DNA of 64,000 nt, taken from positions 62,001 to 126,000 of the forward strand of contig CAUYUJ010000192.1 in NCBI GenBank assembly GCA_963575745.1. The letters run 5' to 3'. Both the position numbers and the translations under genes were made by a program. The notes beneath the pieces were generated by a model. It had not been told where the DNA came from. It searched no databases and saw only the letters and a list, made by a program, of their open reading frames with translations. This document shows positions 11,830-24,035 of this stretch, one piece after another. Positions within the stretch are counted from its first letter, which is position 1; each line of letters begins with the position of its first letter. This DNA is from Prorocentrum cordatum (lineage: Eukaryota).

Positions 11830-13120
11830 GGAAGTGCATTGTACACATGATCGACAGAGACTACGACTACTTCTTGGAAGGGCAGGCCCAACTTGCCATG
11901 GAAGCGAAACGCGACGGCGACGCCTTCACCGAATGGAGGTACACCAAGAAATTGCTGATCTCTGGCGGCAGGAAACGACAGAAGAACCCACTAATGATCT
12001 CCTCGGACGGTAGTGCAGTCACCAGCACGGTCAGTAAAGCGGAAGAGGCGACAAAGCAGTCCGGCGACAACGAGGCAGTGAAGCCCATGACGCAGCAGGA
12101 AGTCATCGACATATACAACAACGACTTCATGCACGGCGCGAGCCATATCACCAGGAGCATTGACACGTTCGCCAGCATCCTTGAGCTTCTGGACATCCTC
12201 GCTAAGGCCAAGCCCCACCGAGCTCCTGGCCCCGACTGTATCCCCGACGACCTGGCCAACATTGCACCTCGCGAAGTTGCTCGACACATGCACCCCGTCA
12301 TCGCCAAGGCCGCGCTTTACTGCAGGGAAAGCTTGGCGCACAAAGGACCACGAATGACTGACTTCTGGAAAGGCAAGGGCGGAGAAGAGGCACTTCCGAA
12401 TCAACGTTCCATCGCGCTCGCCAACGCCGTCATCAAGCACCATTGCCGATGCATCAGGCAGTGCGTCAAGGACCTCCTCCCCGATATGATGTTCTCTACC
12501 CGGACGGGCGGCAAACACCACTATAGTACGGACTTCATGATGATGAGGATGCTCTTCGACTCCGCCAAGGCGATCAAGCGCGACCTTGTGATCATCATGA
12601 CCGACCTCAAGGCAGCCTTCCACAAGGTCATCAACCAGCTGGTGTACAACATGCAGCCCGATGAAGATCAAATCAGAGACGTCATCGATAACATCGACAT
12701 CCCCGAGGCCATGGTCCCAGCCATCACCCAGCTGATGATCAGCGACGGCATCGTTAACAAGCACGTGACCGACCAGCACACCGTCGAGATGCTCACGGAG
12801 GCCCACAAATGGACACGGCTCTTTATCCATCGAGAAGCAAGCTGTGCTGCACCAAGGCTGGGCACTCGGCCTGGCGTCCCAACAGTTGGCTTCACATTCT
12901 ACGTGCTAGTGGCCGACGTCACAGCAGATTACCACCAGCGTGCTACTACTGATGGCGTCGTTGTAACGATTCCCGAAGCATCGCAGCACTTCAGCAGAGC
13001 GACAGCACCAACACCATATCTTCCACCTCATTCGTCGACGACGTCAAGGGAGCGGCAACGACCAACAACGGCAACGATATCCACCAACTTGTGAGTACCA
13101 TGTGGGGACATTTCGTTCGC
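11830..13120 (+). pseudogene. Non-LTR reverse transcriptase domain, truncated shortly after the FVDD motif
   Basis: 'KPHRAPGPDCIP', 'QRSIAL', 'DLKAAFHKV' and 'GTRPG'. Shifted-frame 'SFVDDV' (FVDDV at 13031-13045). Confidence 0.85.
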
Positions 13121-13189
13121 GCCTCCCCCCCATCCTCCTCCTCCTCATCCTCCTCCTCCTCCTCCTCCTCTTCCTCCTCGTCTTCATCC

Positions 13190-14125
13190 TCATTGCTGGA
13201 AAGAGTCGCTCACGTCCGCATGCTGAAAATCTCAATGGTTCAGAATATTCGTGCATACAATTTACTAGCGCAGCCCTTGTTATCACACGTCGGCCAATGT
13301 TATCGCATCAGCGTCCGCGTCACATTTGCCGAGCACAATGCGTTGCAAATATTACCGGCCGCCCCGCGTCACGCCATTGCCACATCCCTCATCAAGAATT
13401 TTGACCTGCTCGGCACCGACGTTGTTCCAAGAAATATTTCGTGTGAGAATCAAGATGCTCTTTATCGTGCTGCTGTTCGGAGCTCGGTATTTTCTGATAT
13501 ATATGTTCGTTTCCATCGCATCGAGCACTATGACGTGGACATCCTCATGGTCCCGCGTATGTCTAACTGGCCTCTTAATTCTGTTTCTCACACTTGGATC
13601 GAGAATTACCGCAGGCTGTCCACCATTGCCCCCCAGCTGGTCGACGAAGGTGTCCACGACGTTCAGAAGAAAATGCACCGTTTCCTGCGGCGCGGCCGCG
13701 AGGTGCCCCCGATTTCCTCTGGCTGCCCGTGTCTGTTACGTCTGGCCTGAGGCTCCCACAGAAGTTTCTGATGCTGTTTTTTCGGCACATCCACATCCTC
13801 GTCCAAAAACGGGTCCCTACGCGGCCGTCTCCTACACCAAAACCGTTTGTAACGCGTGGCCCACTACGCTGATGTTCCGACAAGGGACCCAAACGTGTCG
13901 ATTGGGGTGCAAGGCCTTCTCTGGTGATGATGTCGAACACTACCTACATTGTCCTGCCGCCCTGAGTATCCTCTCTAGAGTTTTGCCGTGTCTGCCTCCA
14001 GATTACAGTGAGTTGTCTAGGTTCCAACGCATGTTTGGTTTTCTCGGGACCCCCCTTTTCAGCCAAGGTCTTTTATTGAATCGCTTCGCTCATTCCGCCG
14101 GCCCATATTGTCGCACCATTGTGGG
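13190..14125 (+). mobile_element. Fragment of a different LINE (post-RT C-terminal region with Cys/His motif)
   Basis: 'RAYNLLAQPLLSHVGQ' and 'VCNAWPT...CRLGC...DDVEHYLHCP'. Its T-rich composition differs from the upstream element. Confidence 0.6.
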
Positions 14126-14129
14126 CTAG

Positions 14130-14900
14130 CCGAGTTTTGGGGGCCGTTTTGGGGCCTCTTGGGGCCTCTTTTGGGCCTCTTGGGCGCCTCTTGGGGCGTC
14201 TTGGGGGCCTCTTGGGGGCCTCTTGGGGCCTTTTTGGGGCCTCCTGGGCGCCTTCTGGGGCGGAGGGCTCGATTTTTCAGTTCTCGGTTCCCCTCTTGAG
14301 CCCCTCTTGGGCCCGTCTTGGGGCCTCTTGGTCCGTCTTGGGCGGCACTTGGGCCGTCTTGGGGGCCCTCCTGGGCCGTTCCGGGGCCGTCTTGGGAGCC
14401 TCGTGGGCCGTCTTGGAGCGGTCTTGGGGGCCTCTTGGGCCGTCTTGGAGCGTCCGGAAGCCGAAAAAGCCAGAACACAAAAAACATCGAAAAAACCAAT
14501 GAAAATCAACGATTTTGGCCTCTTGGGGCTCTCTTCGGAGGCCTCTTGGAAGGCTCTTGGGGCGTCTTGGAGGCCTCTTGGGCTGTCTTGGGGGCCTTTT
14601 GGGCCGTCTTGGGGTCATCTTCGGCGTCTTCGAGCGCTCTTTGGGCGTCTCGGGGGCCTCTTGGGCAGTCTTGGGGGCCTCTTGGGGCACTCTTGGCGCG
14701 CTCAGGGCGGCCTGAGAGGCCGCACCCAGAAGGAAAACCATCTCTGAGTTGAACCGGGCGGGACCTTGCCAGGCGGCGGGCGGGGTACTTTTCGCCGGGG
14801 GACCCCCAGGGGCCGCCCCGCGCGCGCGAACTAGTACAATACAATTGTTAACCAGTTACCGGAGATCTTAGCACGCCTCTGGCCCGTTGGGCCGGCGAAT
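14130..14900. repeat. Degenerate 'ggcctcttgggg' short-unit repeat element; similar tracts at ~18075-18420 and ~20820-21570
   Basis: Dozens of (c/g)tcttggg(g) units. Ends near a small hairpin, ggcccgttgggcc (~14881-14893). Confidence 0.75.
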
Positions 14901-15594
14901 TTGCTATCCTAGTGCACGATGTTTTACTGAGTTCTTATAGCGCACCAAGAACTCAAGACTGGTTCGGCCCAGAATGCCTGTACACTCTCTTCCGTGCGCG
15001 GGCTAAAGTGCTCGCCCGACGCGCTGTGCGGGTCTCCGCACCATGCTCCAGCATCGGCGTGGTGCGCATGCTGGTGCGCTACGCCCCGCAGGCCCGCCCC
15101 CGCCCGTGCCTGCCGCCGCTGGGGACTGACTCTTCTGCCCTCTTTTCGTTCTTCTCTTGTCCGCCTGCCCTCTTCCCGTGCTGTGCCTGTGCGCTCCTCC
15201 TCTTCTTCCTCCTCCTTCACCTCCTTTTCCACGACAGCCACGCACACACGCACGCACGCACGCACGTGCACCACCACCCACTACGCACGCGCGCGCGGAG
15301 CCACAGGTCCGCTACGACACGCGTCCGCGGATAGAGAAAATCAACGCCATGGTAAGGGATGGGAGGGAGGGGTAGGACGTCAGATATGACGCGAGCGCAC
15401 CTAGCTTGTCTTCCCCCCCTCCTCCTCCCCCCCTCCCCCTCGGACTACCGGGTCTGGAGCCGACCCGTGGCCGAGAGGCTCGCCGTGGCCGCAAAAAAAA
15501 AAACCGTCGTTCTCTTCGTTGCGACAGGGCCTCAGGGCCGACGACGGCGGCGACGGCGACGGCGGCGACGGCGACGACGGCGCGCCCCAAGAGG

Positions 15595-15760
15595 TCACCA
15601 CCCACCAAACCAGTCCAACCCAACCCGAAGGCTCAGATTTACCCTCGATTTCTAGTGGGGGGGGGGTCCGGGAATATCGAAAAACACATATGGAGCCCAT
15701 ACCCCCCCAACCCGAAATTCGGGTCTTCGGGTTGGGTTGGGGTGGTCTGGTAGGTAGTCA
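15595..15760. mobile_element. MITE family A copy 1 (166 bp, ~35-bp TIR, 5-bp TSD agagg)
   Basis: agagg|tcaccacccaccaaacc...ggtctggtaggtagtca|agagg. Near-identical to 24719-24886. Confidence 0.85.
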
Positions 15761-16449
15761 AGAGGCGACGACGACATTACGACAACGACGATGGCACGGC
15801 CCAGCAGGCGCCTAAAGAGGCCCCTAAACCCACGTTCCCGGACGGCTTCTTGGGAGCCCGATTCATCAGGCCCCCGCCCCCCTACGCAGCCATGTTGCCC
15901 GAAAGCCTGCCACAATGCGGATTGACACGCGTGGACTTTTCGCTGCCCATAATGCACTCAGCGTTGTGGGCACTTTCCTTCCCGCTCAAGCCATGCGTGG
16001 TTCACTTACTTCAGTGGAGCAGCGAACTCGTCGAGGCCTGGGGCCTGCTAGGACATGAGCGCGCGCGAAGCGCGCGCGCGATGGTTCTAGTAAGAGATTG
16101 GGGGAGGCACCAAGCCGGCGTAGGATACACAGTAATCGCCACCTGCCATATTCAAGAGCCGCCACGAGGGCGCGATGTTTTTCGTGGCCCGCGACTCACG
16201 ATTCCACTCGTCCTCCTCGTCCTCGTTTCCTCCCCCCGGGGCGCGGCGCCAGAGCGCGAAATGATCCGCGCCTCGCGCAGCGAAGGGCGACCGCAGCGGC
16301 CCTTTTGCGCATGAGTTGCGCACGAGAGATGCCCAAGGCACGAGTGACCTTCGAAGCGCGGTTTGCCGATCGCTGCGTGCGGTGCGACAGCAGCGGCGTG
16401 CGCGCTTGGGCGTGCCGCCCCCCCCCCCCCTTTGCGCCCCACGGCAGCC

Positions 16450-17960
16450 GCGCGCGAGAGTCACCCAGGCGAAGGGTCACTCGGCTCTGTGGGCGGCCGC
16501 TCGTGACGGTTCGGACCCCCCCCCTGCACGATCTCGGTGAGGCGCAACTGTTGGAACGCATCCCGAGGCAGGGTAACGTCCAGGAGCTTCGAAAAGCGTA
16601 CGAACACGACAGAAGGCGCCGACCAAAGCGTGTTGGAGCGCCACACATCTCGGGTGCTGTCAAATGCGCCCTTCGTTCAACCAGAGACACTCTGGTTCGA
16701 GCCCTTCAGATCGCACAAGTCGCATCAAGCTATTTGCAATACCGCACACATACGTGATAAGGTGAACCCATGGCGTTCAAGGCTATCGAAGACGCCTACG
16801 GCGAATTGCCACCGCACCCTGCGTATTGGAAGAGTCTACGTGGCCGACCGTTGCTCACAGACTTCGGCCAAGCTATCGGACGATATGTTCCCCCAGCCGT
16901 TGTGGAAATACGTCGGGGAACACGTGGGGGAGAGTGACGAAGAGGAGGGTGGGAGGAACAATGAGGAGGATACGATACGACATCATTGGCAGCAGCAGGT
17001 TTCTGTCCACTCTAACTGTAAGAGAGAGGCAAGCACGACACCAGTATCTGCCGATGTTGCTCTCATGAACCGTTGCAACGCCATCGCAGACCGTTGTCCC
17101 GTGAGAATCGGGATCGGGTTTGCTGGCGCCGACGTGAGATCCCGAAGCTCGGCCACTTGCGTCAAAGCCAGGGCCGCCAGCATCTTCACTAAGCGATCGA
17201 GGTGCTGCTGGGCGTCCGCCTCTTCCTCCTGCAGCGTCCTCGATCAGCCGGCGGCGCCGTTGATCGCCCACCGCGGGGCCTCCAGGAGCGCGATTGATCG
17301 CCCACGTCGGCTCGTCCAGCTCCATGGGTGTGCGGCGGCACGCGTGTGACGAGATGATCGTGAAGAGCCGAGTGACCTTGAGCAACAAATGGACACAGCG
17401 TACATCTCAGCGAATAACGCACCACCACCTCTCCCAAGAAACGCGTACATACACACACCCGCGGCCTAGACAAACGAGAAATAGTATGTCGATACGCCGA
17501 ACTCCGAGGCCAAAAGACTTCTCGACATGTCCAATTCTCCGTCTCACAATGCCGAGGACGAGGCGGCGATTCTTTTTAGCAGGTGTCTGAAAGTCGAGGC
17601 CTCGAAGCAGCGAAACATCAATACGCCTAAAATCCTCCTGGAGTTCATGATCAAGAAACACCCAACCCACTCCTCTATCATACTGTCCTCGGAGCTCCTC
17701 TAAGAGCCCGTGCGCGTCCTCTAGGGACTCCATGGCCTCCAGGTCTTCAGAGTTATTTTTGCCCACGGATTCGCCCCCTCAAGTAGTCGCCCTTGCTGAT
17801 CAATCGTAGCCTCTGGCTCCCAGGGCAACTTCCCAAACTGTGCTGACAGCCATTGCGCGTGCCGAACTGGATCCCGAGAAATAGCTTGCAGCCTACGTAG
17901 TCTTCGCACTCAGTGCTCCATTTCCAGAGAAGGCAGGCGCCAAAACTTACGGACTTCCTT
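16450..17960 (-). mobile_element. Highly degenerate LINE 3' fragment (possible RNase H remnant and terminal Cys motif)
   Basis: Fragments 'QVAELRDL' and 'EMCGA...LPCLG'. Multiple stops and frameshifts; weak motif evidence. Confidence 0.35.
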
Positions 17961-18779
17961 ATTCGAGAGAGATGTGTGTTTGTCTCCCTCCTCCCTGTGC
18001 GCCCTCCCCCTTCATAGCTTTGCGTAGGAGGAGGAGGAGGAGGAGGAGGAGGAGGCGGAGGAGGACGAACATTCTTGGGAGCCTCTTGGGGCACCCTAGG
18101 GGCCTCTGGGGGCTTCCTGGGGGTTTCATTTGGACTCGTGGGGGCCTTTGAAGGCTCCTTGGGATATTCTTTGGCCGACTGAGGGCGTCCCGTCTCTAGC
18201 CCGTCTGACGCCGCTGGACGGTGTCTAGGGTGCCTCTCTGGGCCGACTTGGGGCCCTACTGGGGCGCTTCAGAGCCGTCCTGGGGATCATCTTGGGCGAC
18301 TTGGAGGTCTTGGGGCCGTCTTCGGGGCCTCTTGGGCCGCGGGGGGGGTGGGTGGGCACCTCGGGTGCCTCTTGGGTGCCCTTGGGGCCACCTTGGTGGC
18401 GTTTGGCGCCCTCTTGTGCCGTCGGGAGGTCGAACATTAGCAACCGTCCAAACCGTTCGAAACTATATAGAATAGTCGTCCCCACATGCTTAGTGGGGTT
18501 ATGGTTTTCTTCCTTCCCGCGTCGCACCCGCGTCTCCCGCACGCACACACACACACACGCCTCCCCCTCCTTATCCTTCTCACACAGCACAGCTCAGAAC
18601 AGCACAGCACAGCTCAGCTCAGCACAGCACAGCATAGTATAGCACAGCACAGCAAAGCGCACACACACACAAGCACGCAACCACACACACACACACCCAC
18701 ACACACACACATGACACGCACACCACGCAACACATGCGCGCCAACAGGAGGTGTGCAGGGGGTGGTCCCTGAGGGCGGC

Positions 18780-20520
18780 CACTATCCGTGACGGTCTTCC
18801 AGGTCATAGCAGACATGCCATATTCTCGACACCATAGGGGGTGCGCAGTGGTGGTGGTCTCTCACCGCGGCCGCTATCAGTGACGGCCGTTCATGGCACA
18901 GTAAGCATTGCAGATTCTCGACACCATATGGGGGTGCGCAGTGGGTGGTCTCCCACCGCAGCCGCTCTCCGTGACAGTCGTCCTTCGGCACAGCAGGCAT
19001 GGCATGCTCTCGACACCATAGGGGGTGTGCAGGGGGGGGGGTCGTTCACCGCTGCCGCTATCCGTGACGGCCGTCCATGACACAGCAGGCACGGCATATT
19101 CTCGACACCATAGGGGGTGCGCAGGGGGTGGGGTGGTCTTTCACCTCGTCCGCTATGCGTGACGGTCGTCCATGTCACAGGCATGCCATATTCCCGACAC
19201 CATAGGGGGTGCGCAGTGGGTAGTCTCTCGCCGCGGCCGCTATCCGTGACGGTCGTCCATGGCACAGCAGGCATGACATATTCTCGACACCATAGGGGGT
19301 GCGCAGGGGGTGGTCTCTCACCGCGGCCGCGATCCGTGACGGCCGTCCATGACACAGCAGGCATGGCACATTCTCGACACCTTAGGGGGTGCGCCGTGGG
19401 TGGTCTCCCACCGCAGCCGCTACCCGTGGCGGTCGCCCATGGCGCCGCAGGCATGGCATGTTCTCGACACCAGAAAGGGGGTGCGCAGGGGGTGGTCTCT
19501 CACCGCGGCCGCTATCCGTGACGGCCGTCCATGGCGCCGCAGGCATGGCATGTTCTCGGCACCTTAGGGGGTGCGCATGGGGTGGTCTGTCGCCGCGGCC
19601 GCTAACCGTGACGGTCGCTCATGGCACAGCAGGCATGGCATATTCTCAGGCATGCGCAAGGGGGGGGCTCACCGCGGCCGCTATCGGTGACGGTCCTTCA
19701 GGGCACAGCAGGCACGGCACATTCTCGACACCAGAAAAGGGGGTTCGCAGGGGGCGGTCTCTCACCGCGGCCGTCATCAATCAGTGACGGCCGTCCAGGG
19801 CACAGCAGGCACTGCATATTCTCATTACCGTACGTTGTGCGCCTGGGGTGGTGTCTCACCGCGGCCGTTATCCGTAACGGTCGGCCATGGCACAGCGGGC
19901 ATGACACATTCTCGACACCATAAGGGGGTGCGCGGGGGGTAGTCGCTCACCGCAGCCGCTATCCGTGACGGTCGTCCAGGGCACAGCAGGCATGGCATAT
20001 TCTCGACACCATAGGTGGTGCGCATGGGGTGGTCTCTCACCGCGGCCGCTATCCGTGGCGGTCGTCCATGGCACAGCAAGCATGGCATAGCTTCGACACC
20101 ATAAAGGGGGTGCGCAGGAGGTGGTCTCCCACCGTGGCCGCTATCCGTGACGGTCGTCCAGGGCATAGCGGACATGGCACATTTTTGATATCATGGGGGT
20201 GCGCAGGCAAGGGGTGGTCTCAGCGCGGCTTCTATGCCTGCCAAGGTCGGAGAGCGCGGCAGGCGTGGTATTTTCTCGACACCATAGGGGGTGCGCTGGG
20301 GTGGTCTCCCTATCCGTTGCGGGCTCGCAAAGCGTGGCAGGCGTGGCATATGTTCGACACCATAGGTGGTGCGCATGGGGTGGTTTCTCACAGCGGCCGC
20401 TATCCGTGACGGTCGTCCAGGGCACAGCAGGCATGGCAGATTCTCGACACCATAAAGGGTGTGCGCAGGGGTGGTCTTTGAGGGCGACCGCTATCCGTGA
20501 CGGTCTTCCAGGGCGGTCGA
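18780..20520. repeat. Tandem array of ~19 copies of a ~90-bp unit
   Basis: Unit approx. ttctcgacaccatagggggtgcgcagggggtggtctctcaccgcggccgctatccgtgacggtcgtccatggcacagcaggcatggcata, recurring every ~90 bp. Confidence 0.95.
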
Positions 20521-21631
20521 TGAGGAGGCGGAGAAGCAGGAGGAGGAGGAAGAGGAGGAGGAGGAGGAGGAGGAGGAGGAGGAGGAGGGCGGAGGAACGC
20601 ATGGAATGTCAAATGGTGGGCGGAGGATGGACGATGAGGGCGAGGGAGCTCATCCAGACGAGCGGAGGAAAGCAGGGAATGAGAAACGGTGGGAGGAGGA
20701 TGGGCGATGAGTGCGGTGGTGGTGATAGTGTGGTGCACACAACACGTAACATAAAGTATGTAGGGTTCCTCGGTAGCGTACGTAATTGAATGTGGCATCG
20801 TCAGGCCTTTCCTGGCGAACTGTTAGGCCGTCTAGCAGGCCTTTGGGGCTGTTTTGGACGATCTCGAGGCCATCTTGGGCCATTTTGGAGGCATCTCGGC
20901 CCGTCTTGGAGGCATCTTGGACCATCTGGGGCTCTCTTGGGGCCATCGCAGTCGTCTTGGAGATCATCTTGGCCGTCTTGGAGGCCACCTTGGGGCCGTC
21001 TGGCGTGGGAAGACCGACGATCTGGAAAGGTGGTGGGCCTCTACGGAGTGGAAAGCCGACGGAAACCTTCTCTTCCGCAGGGCCAGCGCGATCGGCCGAA
21101 CGCGTAATGCGAACTTTCGCAAGGACCACCTTCCAAAGTCCAGCACGCCATGCGGCCTGGGTGCAAGCCAACAGGGGGGGCGGCGGATCTAGTGGTCTTC
21201 GGCCAATGCCACCACCACGCCTGGGTTGTAGGTCGGAGGCCTCTCGGATACCTGTGGGATCTCTCGGGAGGTCTCTCGGAAGCATCTTCGGAGCAGTGTT
21301 TGCGATGCCTTTTGGGACATCTGTTGGGCACCCGGAGGCCTCTCGGGGGCCTCCCGGGGTTCCTTGGGGGCCTCTCGGGGAGCTTGCTGGCGGCCTCGGG
21401 ATCCCTCGTGGGGCGGAGTGCTCGAAATGCCAGTTCGTGCTCCCCTCTTAGAGGCCCCTCTTTGGACCCTCTTTGGCCGCCTGGGGTGGCCTCTTGGGCC
21501 GCCTTCCGGCGGGCCGGCCCTCTTCGGGGGCCGTCGTGGGACGAGATTTGGGTCTTCTTGGCCGTCTTCGAGCGTCGGGAGCCCGACAAAACGATAACGC
21601 TGAATCCGGCGAGCCCGCACGGAGTCTCAAT

Positions 21632-21785
21632 TAGGGGTCCAGATGCGAACCCTACCCCTACCCCCCACGATTTCTGAGGGGGAGGGTGGGGTTCACTTTG
21701 CTCGGGAGCTCCCGAACGAAGTGAACCCCACCCTCCCCCTCAGAAATCGTGGGGGGTAGGGGTAGGGTTCGCATCTGGCCCCCTA
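21632..21785. mobile_element. 154-bp near-perfect palindromic (foldback) element with 5-bp TSD tcaat
   Basis: Two 77-bp arms with ~3 mismatches, centred on gggag|ctccc; tcaat|taggggtcc...ggcccccta|tcaat. Confidence 0.9.
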
Positions 21786-22099
21786 TCAATGACCTTAGAT
21801 TCTTGGGTCCCTCTTGGGTCCCTCTTTGGCAGCCTCTTAGAGTTGTTTCGGTGCGTCATAAGGGTTTTTTGGGCCGTCCGACGGCAATCTTGGTCTCCTT
21901 CCGTCTTACGGCGATCATTGGGCGACTCAGGGGCTGCTTTGAAGCGCTCAGAACTTTGGGTTGTGTGCACTTTGCAGCACATCACCATATTCAACGGGGA
22001 GAACTCTGAGGGACCTGAGGACACTCCAACTCGTGCCTCGACGCACGGCGGTGGATCTTTCACCTTCTTCTATTTGCTAATTTCGCCCTGCAACTGCAG

Positions 22100-23152
22100 G
22101 CTTTGACGCTGGATAATGCCGCAGATGAGGCCCTGCTCAAGCGTGCTGGTTATGGTGCTGCAGCGGAAGAAGTCGAGAGTCGCAGTGGCATGTTAGACCT
22201 TCAGTACCTCATGGACCAACACGCCGCGTCGGAGACCGAGCTTCATGCCCGTGCGGCCGAGACGTGGCGCAAGTATTCTAGCCAGCTGGCCAAAAACGGA
22301 TGCAACTATCAAGGGGGTTTGCTGCCTTGCCCCAATGGCAACATATGTTATTACACAGGGCATGGGGGTTTGAACGTGACGGCCACTGTGGAGTATCGTG
22401 GGAATATCATCAAGACAGTCTTAACCCCTGACCCAGATGCTGCAGTCGACATGCCAGAAATCGTGACCTTTATGGGTGCTGGCACCGACGATGCTCCTGC
22501 AATGTTGATGGACGTTCCAGCAGAATATCGCAGAACAGCGAACCCTGTGATGCTGAAGATGTTTTTCGTGGAGGACACTGACAATGTTACAGAGCAATGC
22601 CCTCATGATAGTGAGCGCGTGGAGAGCATGGGGAACAGCACCGCGTCGTACCAGGTTGAGAACAACACGTTCGCCGTTTCAGCGCAAAGCCCAAACACGT
22701 TCATGGGCATGGCCTTCGACTTCGACAGCGAGGCACCTGTTGGTCACACCCTGGCCTTCGAGATCCCTTCTGGGACGGAGATCGTCTGGGTGAGCCGTGA
22801 AGAGATGGTCGAGGTGCTCCAATCGCAGGAGATGCCGGCTTCCCTCGAGAGGCGCCTAGAGGCGCAGTTACGCAAAGCTTCGTTGGCCAAGGGGATGGAT
22901 GGCGCGCTCACGCAGAAGGGAAGCAGGCGGCGCAGGCGGCGCAGGGCGAGGTGCACCGGTGGACAGATTGGGTCCATGGCAGGAGGTGCCGCCGCCGTGG
23001 GCGTCGCTTTTTTGCTCTGCGCGTTTACTTTCATAGGCTGCTTCACGGCGTCGCCGTTCTTGATGTTTGCTGGGACAACGATGGTGAAAAGCGGTGCTTG
23101 CCAATGCTGGGCTAACGGGAATGCTGGGCAGACCGCCTGCGCGTTGCGGTGA
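22100..23152 (+). CDS. Terminal exon of a putative pro-protein with poly-basic site and Cys-rich hydrophobic C-terminal peptide
   Basis: ~1050-bp open frame after a pyrimidine-rich 'ctgcag' acceptor (AG at 22098-22099). Complex non-repetitive peptide containing 'RRRRRRRAR|CTGG...'; stop TGA at 23150-23152. Confidence 0.7.
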   Translation, partial: ALTLDNAADEALLKRAGYGAAAEEVESRSGMLDLQYLMDQHAASETELHARAAETWRKYSSQLAKNGCNYQGGLLPCPNGNICYYTGHGGLNVTATVEYRGNIIKTVLTPDPDAAVDMPEIVTFMGAGTDDAPAMLMDVPAEYRRTANPVMLKMFFVEDTDNVTEQCPHDSERVESMGNSTASYQVENNTFAVSAQSPNTFMGMAFDFDSEAPVGHTLAFEIPSGTEIVWVSREEMVEVLQSQEMPASLERRLEAQLRKASLAKGMDGALTQKGSRRRRRRRARCTGGQIGSMAGGAAAVGVAFLLCAFTFIGCFTASPFLMFAGTTMVKSGACQCWANGNAGQTACALR

Positions 23153-24035
23153 GGGCGCCGAGGGTTGCGGGGGCGCGGTAGTGGTCTCCAACTGCAGGTT
23201 ACCCGCCGCGCATGCACTTAAAGGTCAGGTCTTCCTGGTTTTTTGTGGCATCTTTTCTTGCGCGACTTTCTGCCGACGCGCCGTGTAGGCGCGGCTTCTT
23301 CCAGTCCAGTCCAGGTAGGCGTGTAGGCGCGGCTTGTACTGGTCTCCGACTGGTTGGCCTCTTTATATATCTGGCGATCGTGATACTGGAAAAAAGGGCG
23401 TCTCTGGCCCGAGGTGTCCCCAGGTAACCTCCAGAAATGACTCGCGCTCGTCGCGCCAGCACACGTGTCGGCAGGGCGTGCCAGGTTTTTCCCCTGACGC
23501 GTCCTCGCCGCTTATGACCTTGAAGCTTGAGATTTCCAACAGATGCACGGATGGAGGCAAGAATGGGGGACGTGCCGTGTTCAGAAAGATCATCTCGTTC
23601 CAGCACCGTGCGTATTCGTTTCGAGACCTTGTTTTCAAACGTTCCGAGGATAGGGGGCTTTTTCTTTTCAAGATGTGGCTCTCGCCTTAGCACCGTTCGC
23701 ATTCGCTTATCAAGCAAAATGCAAGGACGGAGTACGGTCCTATTGACAGCCGCCTCGCAGCGTTGAGCACGTCTCGGGTAATTTGAAAGGGATGGTTGTG
23801 TGCGTTTGTGCGTGTGTGCGTGTGCATGTGCGTGCGCGCGCGCGTGTGTGTGTGTGTGTGTGTGTGTTTGTGTATGCGTGTGTGTTGTGAGCTTGTGTGT
23901 GAAAGTGCAGGGCGAAAGGGGGTGGCATGGATCTGTGGGGAAGCGCGGGGAAGTATGGGGACTTGTGGGGAACCGTGGGGAAGCTCGTGGATCACGGATA
24001 TAGGGTCTTATCGAATTTGGTTCGTACGGCAGTTG

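Larger units (their letters stand above)
5340..13120 (+). mobile_element. 5' half of a degenerate non-LTR retrotransposon: GC-rich leader, coiled-coil ORF1, RNase H, APE endonuclease, RT up to the catalytic DD motif
   Basis: Frameshifted coiled-coil ORFs at 5620-7600, followed in order by RNase H, APE and RT motifs. Consistent A/C-rich sense strand. Confidence 0.85.

Noticed and set aside
18780..20520. CRISPR-like regularly spaced repeats
   Set aside because: The whole unit is repeated with no unique spacers, there are no cas genes, and the context is eukaryotic.
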